Assembly (NCBI GenBank): GCA_964401055.1
Contig: CAYNWW010000002.1
Coordinates: forward strand, 39,935-103,934
Origin: an uncultured Candidatus Saccharibacteria bacterium
Lineage (GTDB): Bacteria > Patescibacteriota > JAUYIX01 > CAYNWW01
DNA: 64,000 nucleotides
Direction: 5' to 3'
A program made the translations under genes and the position numbers. Below are positions 1 through 9,349 of the stretch, in pieces (position 1 is the first letter of the stretch; the number at the start of each line of letters is the position of its first letter). The notes under the pieces are model-generated. The model was not told where the DNA came from. It made no database searches and saw nothing but the letters and a program-made list of their open reading frames with translations.

Positions 1-602
1 ATAAACCTCTTCCACGAAGTCCCGAGCGGCCAACAGGTCATCAGCACAAGCTCGGGACTTTTTTGCTGACTATCTTTGGCACCTAATGGCCGCATAAAAT
101 CAAATTGACTTATGTCCGTTGCCGCGATAACACTGCTCGTCGTGACGCGATACCTATAAACAGCGTTACCCCAAGACAACTCAATCTGATCAGCAGCGGC
201 AAGTTTTTCTAAGTTTGTAAACACTGTTTTCGCCGCTCGTGGCACAAGTGGCGAACCAGAACTATGTCCGGTGAGAAAAACCATTCCCGCTTCATCCGGC
301 AGAGCCGACCGTGGATCATGAGCAACGCCACGCATGAGATCTTGCTGCATGTCTTCATCAAGAGCACTCTCTGACCAGATGACAGGCGCGCGCACTCCGA
401 TTCGCGGAATAAACAAATGCCCCGGGTCGTCTGCGCCAGATGATGCGACAGCCACAACGCTCGCCGCTTGTGGCTGCGCAACCTGTGCAATCGAGTGCAT
501 GCGCACAAACAATGCGTCCCAATTAAGCACCAAAAAAAGAACAACCGCACACAACACACAACTTAGTCCGACTCGCACACTGAATAAAAAAACTTTTTTC
601 AT
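1..602 (-). CDS. Sortase family protein (partial, runs off window start)
   Basis: Not in ORF track; manual translation from ATG 602: N-terminal TM, then LFIPRIGVRAPVIW...GVAHDPRS.LPDEAGMVFLTGHSSG...VFTNLEKL...YRYRV...LVLMTCWPLGTSWKR, i.e. sortase His/Cys/Arg motifs. Confidence 0.88.
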   Translation of the reverse strand, partial: MKKVFLFSVRVGLSCVLCAVVLFLVLNWDALFVRMHSIAQVAQPQAASVVAVASSGADDPGHLFIPRIGVRAPVIWSESALDEDMQQDLMRGVAHDPRSALPDEAGMVFLTGHSSGSPLVPRAAKTVFTNLEKLAAADQIELSWGNAVYRYRVTTSSVIAATDISQFDFMRPLGAKDSQQKSPELVLMTCWPLGTSWKRF

Positions 603-660
603 AAGCTCAGCATGCCACGCCGAGATAAAATTTTTCTAAATAATTGTTAAAAAAATTATA

Positions 661-705
661 AAAAAAGACGGCTCCTGTGGAAAACCACGGAAACCGCCTT
701 TTTTT
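661..705 (-). terminator. Intrinsic terminator after rplL
   Basis: Minus strand ggcggtttccgtgg-tttt-ccacaggagccgtc followed by a T run. Confidence 0.7.
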
Positions 706-741
706 CGTGCGCCTTGTCGGCGCGTGACGCAAATTGAACGA

Positions 742-1155
742 TTATTTCAATTCAGCTGTTGCGCCTGCTTCTTCAAGTTTCTTCTTCAATTCTTGTGCTT
801 CTTTTGCTGGAACAGCCTCTTTCAACATTTTTGGAGCGCCGTCAACGAGGTCTTTCGCTTCTTTCAAGCCTTTGCCCGTGATTTCGCGAACGATCTTGAT
901 CACTGCGATTTTGTTGGCACCGGATGTCTTGAGCTCGACATTGAACTCAGACTTCTCTTCACCTGCAGGAGCTGCTGCGCCTGCTGCTGCCGGCATCATG
1001 CCGCCTGCCATTGCAACTGGAGCTGCTGACACGCCAAACTTCTCTTCGAGCACTTTCACGAGCTTTGAAAGCTCAAGAACGCTCATTTTTTCGATCTGCT
1101 CAACGATTGCTTTGAATTCTGCTGGAACCTCAACTGCCTTCATTTCTTCTGACAT
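742..1155 (-). CDS. rplL: 50S ribosomal protein L7/L12
   Basis: [22 protein letters not shown]...[10 protein letters not shown]...[28 protein letters not shown]. Confidence 0.98.
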   Translation of the reverse strand: MSEEMKAVEVPAEFKAIVEQIEKMSVLELSKLVKVLEEKFGVSAAPVAMAGGMMPAAAGAAAPAGEEKSEFNVELKTSGANKIAVIKIVREITGKGLKEAKDLVDGAPKMLKEAVPAKEAQELKKKLEEAGATAELK

Positions 1156-1188
1156 GGATGTAATAGTTATAAAATTCGAAATAAATAC

Positions 1189-1722
1189 TTACGCTTTGGG
1201 GGCTTCTTTTGCGGTGGCGATTGCGTTCAATACGTGCACCACACTCGCAACTTCGGCGCGCAACACGCCCACGAAATTGGAAACCGGTGCGTTGATTGAG
1301 CCAAGCAAGCGGCCAAGCAACTGCTCTTTGGTCGGTAATGCAGCGAGTTCAAGCACTTCTGCCTTAGACATCGTGCGCGAACCGAGCATACCACTCAAAA
1401 TCTGAATTTGCGGATTTGTTTTCGCAAATTCTGCCAGAATGCGAGCGGGCGCAACTTCATCCTTGAAGCCGAGCACCACGGACACCTGACCTGACATTTC
1501 CTCCAACTGTGCATCCTTAAACTGTTCCTTGAAAGCTCGCGTCATCAACGAGTTTTTTACCACTCGAAACTCGGCGCCAACTTGATACAACTTCTTGCGA
1601 AGCTGCTCAGTCTCAGCAACCTTGATGCCTTTGTAGCTTGCAAAAACAGCCGAGCGCGATTGCCCAAACTCCTGTGCCAGAGCCTTGACAATTGCCTTCT
1701 TCTGCGATCGCGTTTTAGGCAT
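1189..1722 (-). CDS. rplJ: 50S ribosomal protein L10
   Basis: YKGIKV..LRKKL...VVKNSL...LAALPTKEQL; directly upstream of rplL. Confidence 0.97.
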   Translation of the reverse strand: MPKTRSQKKAIVKALAQEFGQSRSAVFASYKGIKVAETEQLRKKLYQVGAEFRVVKNSLMTRAFKEQFKDAQLEEMSGQVSVVLGFKDEVAPARILAEFAKTNPQIQILSGMLGSRTMSKAEVLELAALPTKEQLLGRLLGSINAPVSNFVGVLRAEVASVVHVLNAIATAKEAPKA

Positions 1723-1734
1723 AGCTTAAAAATA

Positions 1735-1838
1735 AAAAAATCTGCGGCGTTCCGCAGGAAATACAAACCGCACGTGTGCATGGTCTGTATCCTCGATAGG
1801 ATTTATTCTTCATCAGAAACCTATGGTCTGCGGATAGA
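1735..1838 (-). promoter_or_regulatory. L10 leader (autogenous control RNA)
   Basis: Minus strand ccgcagaccatagg...taaatcctatcgagg...ctgcgg resembles the L10-leader kink-turn core; lies between the promoter and rplJ. Confidence 0.75.
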
Positions 1839-1841
1839 GCT

Positions 1842-1869
1842 AGTATAAAGGATTGGCGGATATTGTCAA
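1842..1869 (-). promoter_or_regulatory. sigma70 promoter of rplJL
   Basis: TTGACA-16 nt-TATACT on minus strand. Confidence 0.7.
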
Positions 1870-2036
1870 GAATAGTGCGAGAAATTTCCCGCGCCGGCTG
1901 ATTTTTCGAGTTATCCACAGAGTGGAGCAAATTTTAGCATTTTTTAATGATTTTTTCACAAAAATTTTATCTTCGCCTGCTAAGGTACTCGTAGTTGATC
2001 GAATGCATCGATCAATATTCAACGGAGGAACAAGCA

Positions 2037-2636
2037 ATGAATGCACGAATGTGGTTCAGTGCTATTGTGCTGTTTTGCCTCGAACTCCCTACGACACATG
2101 CCGGAAACAATAATGGCGGTCTCACCAAGGAGGAGGCCGTAGAGATTTCGGATCAGGCGATCAAAGGAGATTATATTTCCTATGATGAGCTACAGCCAGA
2201 AGAGCAGCACCAAGTTATAGAGCAAATCAAAAAGTTCGTGCCCGCTTCGATTGGAAATCTTCCACCATGCGCTCCGGGGTACTGGGGTGCCTACGGGGTT
2301 GGTGAACCAATTGAACAAAGGAATAGCACTGCAGGGCTTAATTACCAAATTGGACCCAATTGCTACCGCTGGGCGTCGGATAATAGCTGCGGCACGGATA
2401 ATAACGATCTCATGCTCAGCTTCTACTTCGGGAATCATGCCGAAAGCCTTGAGGATCTTCGTTCAAAGATCAGATGGTCTTCGACAAATCCAGTGATCAA
2501 CGTAATACCAAAAGTTCTCAGCGGACTGATCTACGAAAGAGTTAGGGGTGGTGGACGGGATGATTACAACATTTACGCCTGCATCCCAACTCCGTGGATC
2601 TACTTTGCTGACTCCTTCCTAATGCGGAAATACTAA
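2037..2636 (+). CDS. Hypothetical secreted Cys-containing protein
   Basis: GGAGG RBS before ATG 2037; signal-peptide-like N-terminus ending THA-G; four Cys in mature part. Confidence 0.65.
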   Translation: MNARMWFSAIVLFCLELPTTHAGNNNGGLTKEEAVEISDQAIKGDYISYDELQPEEQHQVIEQIKKFVPASIGNLPPCAPGYWGAYGVGEPIEQRNSTAGLNYQIGPNCYRWASDNSCGTDNNDLMLSFYFGNHAESLEDLRSKIRWSSTNPVINVIPKVLSGLIYERVRGGGRDDYNIYACIPTPWIYFADSFLMRKY

Positions 2637-2741
2637 ATTTTCCGCCTGATTCCAAAGAGAATATGACAATGCATCACTTGATATTTGTCATATTCTCTTC
2701 TTCTTTTTTTTGTTATACTAATTTCAAATAACAATAGACAC

Positions 2742-2942
2742 ATGACAAACGATCGCGTAATCAAAATCCTCGTTGGGCTATTCATCATAGTTAGCCTCGC
2801 CATACACGCCTATGAACTTTATTTTGTCACACTTTTTAAAGAATTTGATGATGATTCGATTGAAATGGTTGCGCAGGCACAAAACGAGAAAAATGCCTGC
2901 CTAGATAAGCTAAAGAAGGCAGAAGCGGCACTTGTAAAATAA
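2742..2942 (+). CDS. Small single-TM coiled-coil protein (paralog 1)
   Basis: TGTTATACT extended -10 upstream; one TM plus helical tail; aligns with next ORF. Confidence 0.6.
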   Translation: MTNDRVIKILVGLFIIVSLAIHAYELYFVTLFKEFDDDSIEMVAQAQNEKNACLDKLKKAEAALVK

Positions 2943-2958
2943 TAGTTTTTTACCAAAA

Positions 2959-3162
2959 ATGAGACCGCTTCGCACAACCGAAATCGTTATGATCTGCATT
3001 ATCATCGTAAGCGCACTTTTTCACGTTTTTGAAATTTTTGCGTTATCGATGGCTCGAGAACAAGAAAATGACAGTGCATATCTTTGCACGAAGGCATACG
3101 ACGAAAAATATGCATACATGGAAGAGCTTTCAAAGCTACAAGAGAAAACCGGCCAGAAATAG
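2959..3162 (+). CDS. Small single-TM coiled-coil protein (paralog 2)
   Basis: IIVSALFHVFEIF vs IIVSLAIHAYELY and NDS..A.DEK vs DDS..A.NEK in paralog 1. Confidence 0.6.
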   Translation: MRPLRTTEIVMICIIIVSALFHVFEIFALSMAREQENDSAYLCTKAYDEKYAYMEELSKLQEKTGQK

Positions 3163-3182
3163 AAGGATCAACGGCACCGGAT

Positions 3183-4343
3183 CTATCTCAAGTATTTCGC
3201 CACATTTTTCTGGTGCTCATCAAACGTCTTTGCATAGATGACTTCGCCTGTCTGCGGAACAGTCAGGAAAAAGAAATAATCTGTCTGTGCGGGATTAATC
3301 GCGGCCTGGATTGCATCCATGCCCGGATTTGCAATTGGTCCGGGAGGCAGGCCGTTAATTTGATACGTATTATACGGCGTATTTGTTTTAGTAAACGCAC
3401 TTGCGTTGAGAGTTGGGTTAAGTGAAATCCCGTACTGAATCGTCACATCAGACTCTAGTCGTTTGCCTACCCGAAGACGATTGGTAAATACTCCGGCGAC
3501 TATTTTTTTATCTTGAGGAGTCTGAACTTCCTTCTCCAAAATACTTGCAAGCGTAATCACATCAGTCGACTTTCGCCCATCAAGCAGCAACTTCGCACGC
3601 ATATCATGCGTGAATTTTTTACCGAAGTTGCTAAGCATTTTGCGAATCAATATATCTGCGGTAGTTTTTTCATCCACGCGATAGGTATCGGGAAACAAAT
3701 ATCCCTCAAGTGTCGCCTTTGCGGGCAGCTCATGCACAAAATCGTAATCGTCAAAATACGCATGCGGACTTGCCACGCGCTTGGCAAAATCATCTGCATC
3801 AATAGTGCTCTGCGCACGAACCTGTTCTGTCATCTGCTTTGCCGTCCAGCCCTCGACAAATGTCAGGCTTTGCTCTATAAGGGCCTGTTTTTGATGCGCC
3901 AAGACATGAGCAATATCCTGCATCGTCATTGATGCATTCAAGTGGTACGTACCTGGCTGAAAATATCCAGAGATTCCCTCTTTCAAAGTAAGCCACTGAA
4001 ACACATACGCATTGCTGATTAATTTTTTATCCTGAAGGCGCTTACTGATATCGGCTACACGATCGCCCTGAGAAATAATAAAATCAGACGAAGCGGCTTT
4101 TGCTGCATCGCGCGTCACGGGCTGGCGCATCAGTTGTTGTGCGTAGAAATACCCGCCCACGCCCACGCCGGCAAGTATTAAGAAAAGTCCCGCAATAATA
4201 CCACAACAATTCCAAAATCTTCCGGTTTTTTTTGCGCGCTTGTGAGCGAGCGCTTCAAGCTCTGGCATAGGAACTTGCGAAGCGGGAGCCACAACTGGTG
4301 AGGACGGAACCTGAAATTGCTGACGAGGCGGTTGGATTTCCAT
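3183..4343 (-). CDS. mltG: Endolytic transglycosylase MltG
   Basis: LEGYLFPDTY, LASILEKE, LESDVT, TPYNTY..GLPPGPIANPG, TFDEH. Confidence 0.96.
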   Translation of the reverse strand: MEIQPPRQQFQVPSSPVVAPASQVPMPELEALAHKRAKKTGRFWNCCGIIAGLFLILAGVGVGGYFYAQQLMRQPVTRDAAKAASSDFIISQGDRVADISKRLQDKKLISNAYVFQWLTLKEGISGYFQPGTYHLNASMTMQDIAHVLAHQKQALIEQSLTFVEGWTAKQMTEQVRAQSTIDADDFAKRVASPHAYFDDYDFVHELPAKATLEGYLFPDTYRVDEKTTADILIRKMLSNFGKKFTHDMRAKLLLDGRKSTDVITLASILEKEVQTPQDKKIVAGVFTNRLRVGKRLESDVTIQYGISLNPTLNASAFTKTNTPYNTYQINGLPPGPIANPGMDAIQAAINPAQTDYFFFLTVPQTGEVIYAKTFDEHQKNVAKYLR

Positions 4344-4346
4344 ATG

Positions 4347-5462
4347 CTAGAGATATTGAGTGAATTTTTGCTGCTCGAGCATCTCGACAATCTTTTTGAT
4401 TTCTTGTACGCGATCAAGCGGACACACCAGCACAGCTTTATCAGTCTCGATCACTGCCATATCACTAAGACCAACAGTCGCGATCATTTTTCCGCTTGTG
4501 CCGTAAATTACGCTTCGCTTCGTATCGATAGTGAGATGCTCAGCTTGTGTAAGATTTTGATCGCCGGTGACGAGCAGGTCACGTAGCGCAGCAAATGAAC
4601 CAATATCCGTCCATCCGATATCGGCTGCAATCACTGCCATGTGCGGCGCCTGCTCGATGATCGCATAATCAATGGCGATTTTTTCCATATCGTGGTACTC
4701 GGTCTTAAGCACTTCTTGCTCGCGCGGCGTACCGATTGCATCGTGAATTCGCATCAAGCGCGCATACATATCTGGACGAAATTGTTTGAACAGATCAAGG
4801 ATTGTCGATGCCTTCCAGACAAACATATTTGCATTCCACAAAAATGTTCCGGCTTTGACAAACTGCTCAGCGACGTCACGCGCAGGCTTTTCCTTAAACT
4901 GTTTTACTTTATACACTTGGTGCTCGCCCACCTTCTCCATTTCAACGCCCATCTCGATATAACCATAGCCTGTTTCGGCATAGCTTGGCTTGATGCCTAT
5001 CTCCACCAAATGATGCGGATGCTTTGCGACAAACTCAGCGCCCGCGCGAATTGCGCCCACAAACGTGTCTGAATACTTAATCACATGATCAGAGCCCAAG
5101 CTTGCAATAATTGCTTCCGGATCCGCATGATGCGCATACACAGCTTCCAGGCCGATTGCAGCCGCCGTATCTTTGCGCTCCGGCTCAACGATAAAAAGTG
5201 GCTGCACATGCTCAACGCCTTTCAACGTTTTGAGTGTCTGAGTGGCTTGCGCCTGGGCATGCGATAAAAATTGCGCATTCGTAGAAATGATAAGCTGGTG
5301 CTTTTGCTCTTGAAGCAAAACCGCAAGACGACGGATTGTAAGCTCAAACGTACTTTCATCCTTAATCATCGGATAAAATTGCTTGGGCATTTGTTGCGTA
5401 CTCAACGGCCATAATCGCGTCCCGGCTCCACCCGCACGAATCACAATGTGCATACAGGTCAC
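4347..5462 (-). CDS. manC: Mannose-1-phosphate guanylyltransferase (start may be ATG 5453)
   Basis: AGGAGTRLWPLS..MPKQF, EPERKDTAAAI, SDH, ETGYGYI, FKEKP, WTDIGS. Confidence 0.92.
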   Translation of the reverse strand: MTCMHIVIRAGGAGTRLWPLSTQQMPKQFYPMIKDESTFELTIRRLAVLLQEQKHQLIISTNAQFLSHAQAQATQTLKTLKGVEHVQPLFIVEPERKDTAAAIGLEAVYAHHADPEAIIASLGSDHVIKYSDTFVGAIRAGAEFVAKHPHHLVEIGIKPSYAETGYGYIEMGVEMEKVGEHQVYKVKQFKEKPARDVAEQFVKAGTFLWNANMFVWKASTILDLFKQFRPDMYARLMRIHDAIGTPREQEVLKTEYHDMEKIAIDYAIIEQAPHMAVIAADIGWTDIGSFAALRDLLVTGDQNLTQAEHLTIDTKRSVIYGTSGKMIATVGLSDMAVIETDKAVLVCPLDRVQEIKKIVEMLEQQKFTQYL

Positions 5463-5516
5463 TTAGATATTATGCTCACAGCATAGCACAAAACCGACCG
5501 TCTGGTCACGCCACAA

Positions 5517-6221
5517 TCAGGAGCCAAAATTGCGCTTGCGTGCACGAAAATCCTGAAGCGCGGCGTCAAATTCGGCTTCTGTAAAATCGGGCCAAAGCGT
5601 ATTGGTAAAATAAAGTTCGCTGTAAGACGACTGCCACAACAAAAAATTGCTGAGTCGTTGCTGACCGCCCGTACGAATAATCAGCTCGGGATCTTTTTGC
5701 GATGTCGTATACAGATGTTGCTGAATCAGTTCTTCAGAAATCTGGTCCGGCGCCGTGCCCGCGACAACAAGCTCGCGCACTGCGTGAACGATCTCGCCGC
5801 GACCTCCATAACTCAATGCAATGTTAAGAGTAAGCTGCTGGGAATTGTTTTCAGCCAAATAGCGCGTTGTTTTTTCAAGCGCCTCGCGAACATATTGCGG
5901 AAAATCAGCAATCTCACCGATTGCGCGGAGATGAATCCCGTTTGCAAACAATTCCGCGCGCTTCTTGCGCAAAAATCTCACAATCAACCGAAGCAAGTAC
6001 GTGATTTCCTGCTTTGTACGGCGCCAATTTTCAGTCGAAAAAGCATACACAGTGAGCGTTTTGACACCTCTGCGAATGCAGGCCTTCATGATATTTTCCA
6101 AAGCCTCAACACCTTTTTCGTGTCCCTTGATGCTCGGAAATCCGCGCGTCGTTGCCCATCGTCGATTACCATCCATAATAATAGCAACGTGCTCTGGGAC
6201 AATTTGTGGCGAGTGAGTCAT
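5517..6221 (-). CDS. uppS: Undecaprenyl diphosphate synthase (cis-prenyltransferase)
   Basis: HVAIIMDGNRRWA, YAFSTENWRR, IRTGGQQRLSNFLLWQSSYSEL, RNFG. Confidence 0.97.
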   Translation of the reverse strand: MTHSPQIVPEHVAIIMDGNRRWATTRGFPSIKGHEKGVEALENIMKACIRRGVKTLTVYAFSTENWRRTKQEITYLLRLIVRFLRKKRAELFANGIHLRAIGEIADFPQYVREALEKTTRYLAENNSQQLTLNIALSYGGRGEIVHAVRELVVAGTAPDQISEELIQQHLYTTSQKDPELIIRTGGQQRLSNFLLWQSSYSELYFTNTLWPDFTEAEFDAALQDFRARKRNFGS

Positions 6222-7384
6222 TAGGATGATCGATCAACCATATAATCAAGAATTCCTTCCAGAAAATCAGAAGTTTCTTGCGTAAAATGAATGCGTTCCA
6301 GCTCGGACAAGGCTTGCTCTTTGTGCATATTCATCTGCTGCATACAATATTCTTCCGCACCGATCGTGCGCAGAATTTCTTGGGTTCGCGCGACATCCGC
6401 GGCGGTCAAATTTTTATTCCCAAGCGCATGATTCAAAGCCGAAAGCTGATCTCGATCAGCATGCGCACGCGCAAAATGCACCAGAATAGTTTCCTTACCT
6501 TCTTTGATGTCTGATCCAACCGGCTTGCCGATTTTTTCTTCCGTTCCAAACATGCCAATCACATCGTCGCGTATTTGATAGATCAATCCCACGTGATACG
6601 AGAACCGCGCCAGCGCCTTGAGCGTATTTCGATCCTCAACGCCGGCCAGCCTCGCCGCCATCATGAGCGGCCCCTGCATGGTGTATTGAGCAGTTTTCAA
6701 ATCATAAATTTGCAAAATATCCGACTCGTGAATATCGCCAAAAAGACTTTTCCAGACATCGATAAGCTCGCCGTAGCCGGCTTTTTGCGTCATGACGTTG
6801 AGCTCCCGCATGATAGAAATTTTCATCGCCGAGTCAATCTCGAGAGCGAGTAATAAATCTTGCGCAAATGTTTGCAAAATATCTCCGGCAACAATCGCCA
6901 TAGACTCACCCACATGACGCGTGCGCGGTGTGATCTCATGCGCATCAAGACCAACAGAACGACTGTACAGGCCGCGATACAATTCGTGCATAGCCGGACC
7001 GCCACGACGCAGGCGATCTTCATCGATAATGTCATCGTGCACGAGCAAGTAGGCATGAATAAGTTCAGCCGCAACGCCACAGGTCAACGCAGACTGTTCA
7101 TCCTTACCGCCAAATCCTTTGTACGCCATATACAGGAGAGCAGGACGAAAACGCTTGCCCGGCCTGAGCAAAAAATCTTTGATATAAAAAAGAAGCTGAT
7201 CGATTTCGCGCAAACCTCCCCCCTCCGAATCTGCGAACTCAAGGCGCAATTCACGCGCTTTTTGATCTATCGTTGCAGCAAGAAGCGGATCTATATGTTG
7301 TCGTTGAAGAGATTTGAGAGTGCTAATAGCTGAATTTTTGAGCGCTTCCGAGGTGATCTCGGAGGTAACAGTTGAAGAAGGCAT
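6221..7384 (-). CDS. Trans-polyprenyl diphosphate synthase, probably short-chain FPP/GGPP synthase
   Basis: GKRFRP, FARM YLLVHDDIIDED.LRRG, KTAQY, SARM YQIRDDVIG, GK..GSDIKEGK; aromatic Tyr five residues before FARM; stop overlaps uppS start (TAATG). Confidence 0.9.
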   Translation of the reverse strand: MPSSTVTSEITSEALKNSAISTLKSLQRQHIDPLLAATIDQKARELRLEFADSEGGGLREIDQLLFYIKDFLLRPGKRFRPALLYMAYKGFGGKDEQSALTCGVAAELIHAYLLVHDDIIDEDRLRRGGPAMHELYRGLYSRSVGLDAHEITPRTRHVGESMAIVAGDILQTFAQDLLLALEIDSAMKISIMRELNVMTQKAGYGELIDVWKSLFGDIHESDILQIYDLKTAQYTMQGPLMMAARLAGVEDRNTLKALARFSYHVGLIYQIRDDVIGMFGTEEKIGKPVGSDIKEGKETILVHFARAHADRDQLSALNHALGNKNLTAADVARTQEILRTIGAEEYCMQQMNMHKEQALSELERIHFTQETSDFLEGILDYMVDRSS

Positions 7385-7420
7385 GAGTGTTGAGGTATAA
7401 GTTCCTGAATTGGCTTTTTA

Positions 7421-9349
7421 TTATACCAAAGGAACTCGGACAAAAAAAGTGCTTCCCCGACCTTCGCCTGCGCTCTCTACCCACACGTCTGCATTTTGAA
7501 CTTTGAGAAGATTTTTCACAACGTAGAGACCAATACCCGATCCGCTGGTGTTGATCTTGTTGCTATTTTTGCCGCGGGAAAATTTCTGGAACAATTGGGT
7601 AATTTCTTCCGGGCTAATACCCACGCCAGTGTCACGAATTTTGATAATGAGATCCGGGCGCTTGATTTCCGTGCTAATTTCCACATAGCCTTGGGGCGTG
7701 TATTTGATCGCGTTGTCGATCAGGTTTGAGAATACTTCGGTCATTTTTGTCGGATCCGCTTTCACGAGGGGCCAGACGCTTGACGGAGTAACGATCAGGC
7801 GAATGTGCTTTGGCTCAGCGATCGGTTCGAGCTCTTTGACGATGTTGGTGACGATGTCTTTCAGTTTTACCTTGAGAATCTCCACTTTCAGGCGGCCCCC
7901 TTCGATGCGCGACACGTTGAGGAAATCGCTCACGAGCTGGATGAGCCGGTTGGTGTTTTCATAGACAATGTCCACCACTTCATCTTGCTGCTTGGGGATT
8001 GGGCCGAAATCACCTGCTTTGAGCATGGAGAGATAGCCTTTGATGCCGGAGAGCGGCGTGCGGAGTTGGTGCGAGGCGATGGAGAGGAATTCGGATTTGA
8101 TGTTGTCGATGCGCACGAGCTCTTGGTTCACTTCGTTAAGTTTTGCGGCGCGCTCTTTTTCCGTCACATAGAGACGGGCATTTTCCATACCGACACCGAC
8201 TTGCGAGGCAAATGAATTCATGAGCTCTTTGTCGCGATCAGTAATTTCAGCAATGGACTTGTCGAGAAGAAAAATAAGCGAGCCGAGAATTTTCTCTCTC
8301 ACAATAATCGGCACAGCCGCACCCGCTTTCATGCCCACAAGAGACTGCATCGCATTTGCAGTTACTTTTGGCAAAGCGCTTTGCGAAACCAAATCTGAAA
8401 AATCACTCGTGACAATGAGTCGACGCTCTCTGATTGATCTGCTTGATGCGCTTTCAGAAATGTCCACTTGCGCTTCGTGCTCCAAAAAAGGCTTCTCGAG
8501 CATGCGCTGCGCCTGAGAAATGAGAGGAATGTTGGTCACCGCAAACGCCTTGTTCATGCGCGTCTCCCAATTCATAATCGTCAGGATGCCACCAATAAAT
8601 CCGAGGTGTTTCAGGTTGGAAGGAATGCTGTCGACCACCTGCTGCCCCACTGTCCCGAAGTCGAGTGTCTCAGTGGTTGTCTTAACTATTTCAAAGAGTG
8701 CGCGCAGGTCTTTTGCTTGAGCGTCGTAGGCTTTGATTTGTCCTTGGAGCTTGTCGAAGAGTTGGGCGTTGTAGAGCGCGATGGAGATTTGGTTGGCAAA
8801 TATTTGAATTAAATCAAGGTCGTGCTTACTTATTACTTGTTGATCAAATGCCACGGCCATAGCACCAATCGCCTCCTCTTTTACCATTAGCGGAATAGCA
8901 AGCATTGTCTTGAGTCGTAAAACACCCTGAACATATCCAGATGCGTCTTTTGAAAGCAATGGATAAGTAAAGCTACTCAACTTATCAGATTTTTCTATTT
9001 TTTTATTTTTTACTGCTTGAACCAAAATATTTTCTTTTTCTTCCATTGAATAGCCCAAATCATGAACCGATCTATTCATTGCCTTTTCGGCAAAATTCAC
9101 TAGAATTTTTGGGAAGCGAAAATCTCTCAATAGTAGCTTTTTCCCTTCGCCATTCAAAACATACAAACTCGGAAGTTTTAACTGCAGGAGCTTTACGAGC
9201 CTATCTAAAATTAATCTAATAACTGCACCAGAATCAACAAAACCCGTAATAGCACCCGTAATTTCTTTTAGCAGCAGAATCTCTTCCCTGTTGACATACA
9301 ACTCTTTTTCCTGATCGGGCGCTTTTTTCCTAAGAATTCCTAGAAACAT
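7421..9349 (-). CDS. Soluble GAF-GAF sensor histidine kinase (HK3)
   Basis: Two GAF domains (AIPLMVKEEAIG...FANQISIALYNAQL; VPIIVREKILG...FASQVGVGMENARL), HisKA ASHQLRTPL, HATPase NLIDNAIKYT/DTGVGI/GSGIGL; no TM; probable start ATG 9349. Confidence 0.93.
   Translation of the reverse strand: MFLGILRKKAPDQEKELYVNREEILLLKEITGAITGFVDSGAVIRLILDRLVKLLQLKLPSLYVLNGEGKKLLLRDFRFPKILVNFAEKAMNRSVHDLGYSMEEKENILVQAVKNKKIEKSDKLSSFTYPLLSKDASGYVQGVLRLKTMLAIPLMVKEEAIGAMAVAFDQQVISKHDLDLIQIFANQISIALYNAQLFDKLQGQIKAYDAQAKDLRALFEIVKTTTETLDFGTVGQQVVDSIPSNLKHLGFIGGILTIMNWETRMNKAFAVTNIPLISQAQRMLEKPFLEHEAQVDISESASSRSIRERRLIVTSDFSDLVSQSALPKVTANAMQSLVGMKAGAAVPIIVREKILGSLIFLLDKSIAEITDRDKELMNSFASQVGVGMENARLYVTEKERAAKLNEVNQELVRIDNIKSEFLSIASHQLRTPLSGIKGYLSMLKAGDFGPIPKQQDEVVDIVYENTNRLIQLVSDFLNVSRIEGGRLKVEILKVKLKDIVTNIVKELEPIAEPKHIRLIVTPSSVWPLVKADPTKMTEVFSNLIDNAIKYTPQGYVEISTEIKRPDLIIKIRDTGVGISPEEITQLFQKFSRGKNSNKINTSGSGIGLYVVKNLLKVQNADVWVESAGEGRGSTFFVRVPLV

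Noticed and set aside
209-639. ORFs 209-559 (-) and 334-639 (+)
   Set aside because: Alternative frames of the sortase gene, which the track missed because it is truncated
734-1405. 223 aa plus-strand ORF
   Set aside because: Antisense to rplL/rplJ; composition typical of a shadow frame
1880-1990. Replication origin
   Set aside because: Only a single DnaA box; no cluster and no dnaA/dnaN nearby
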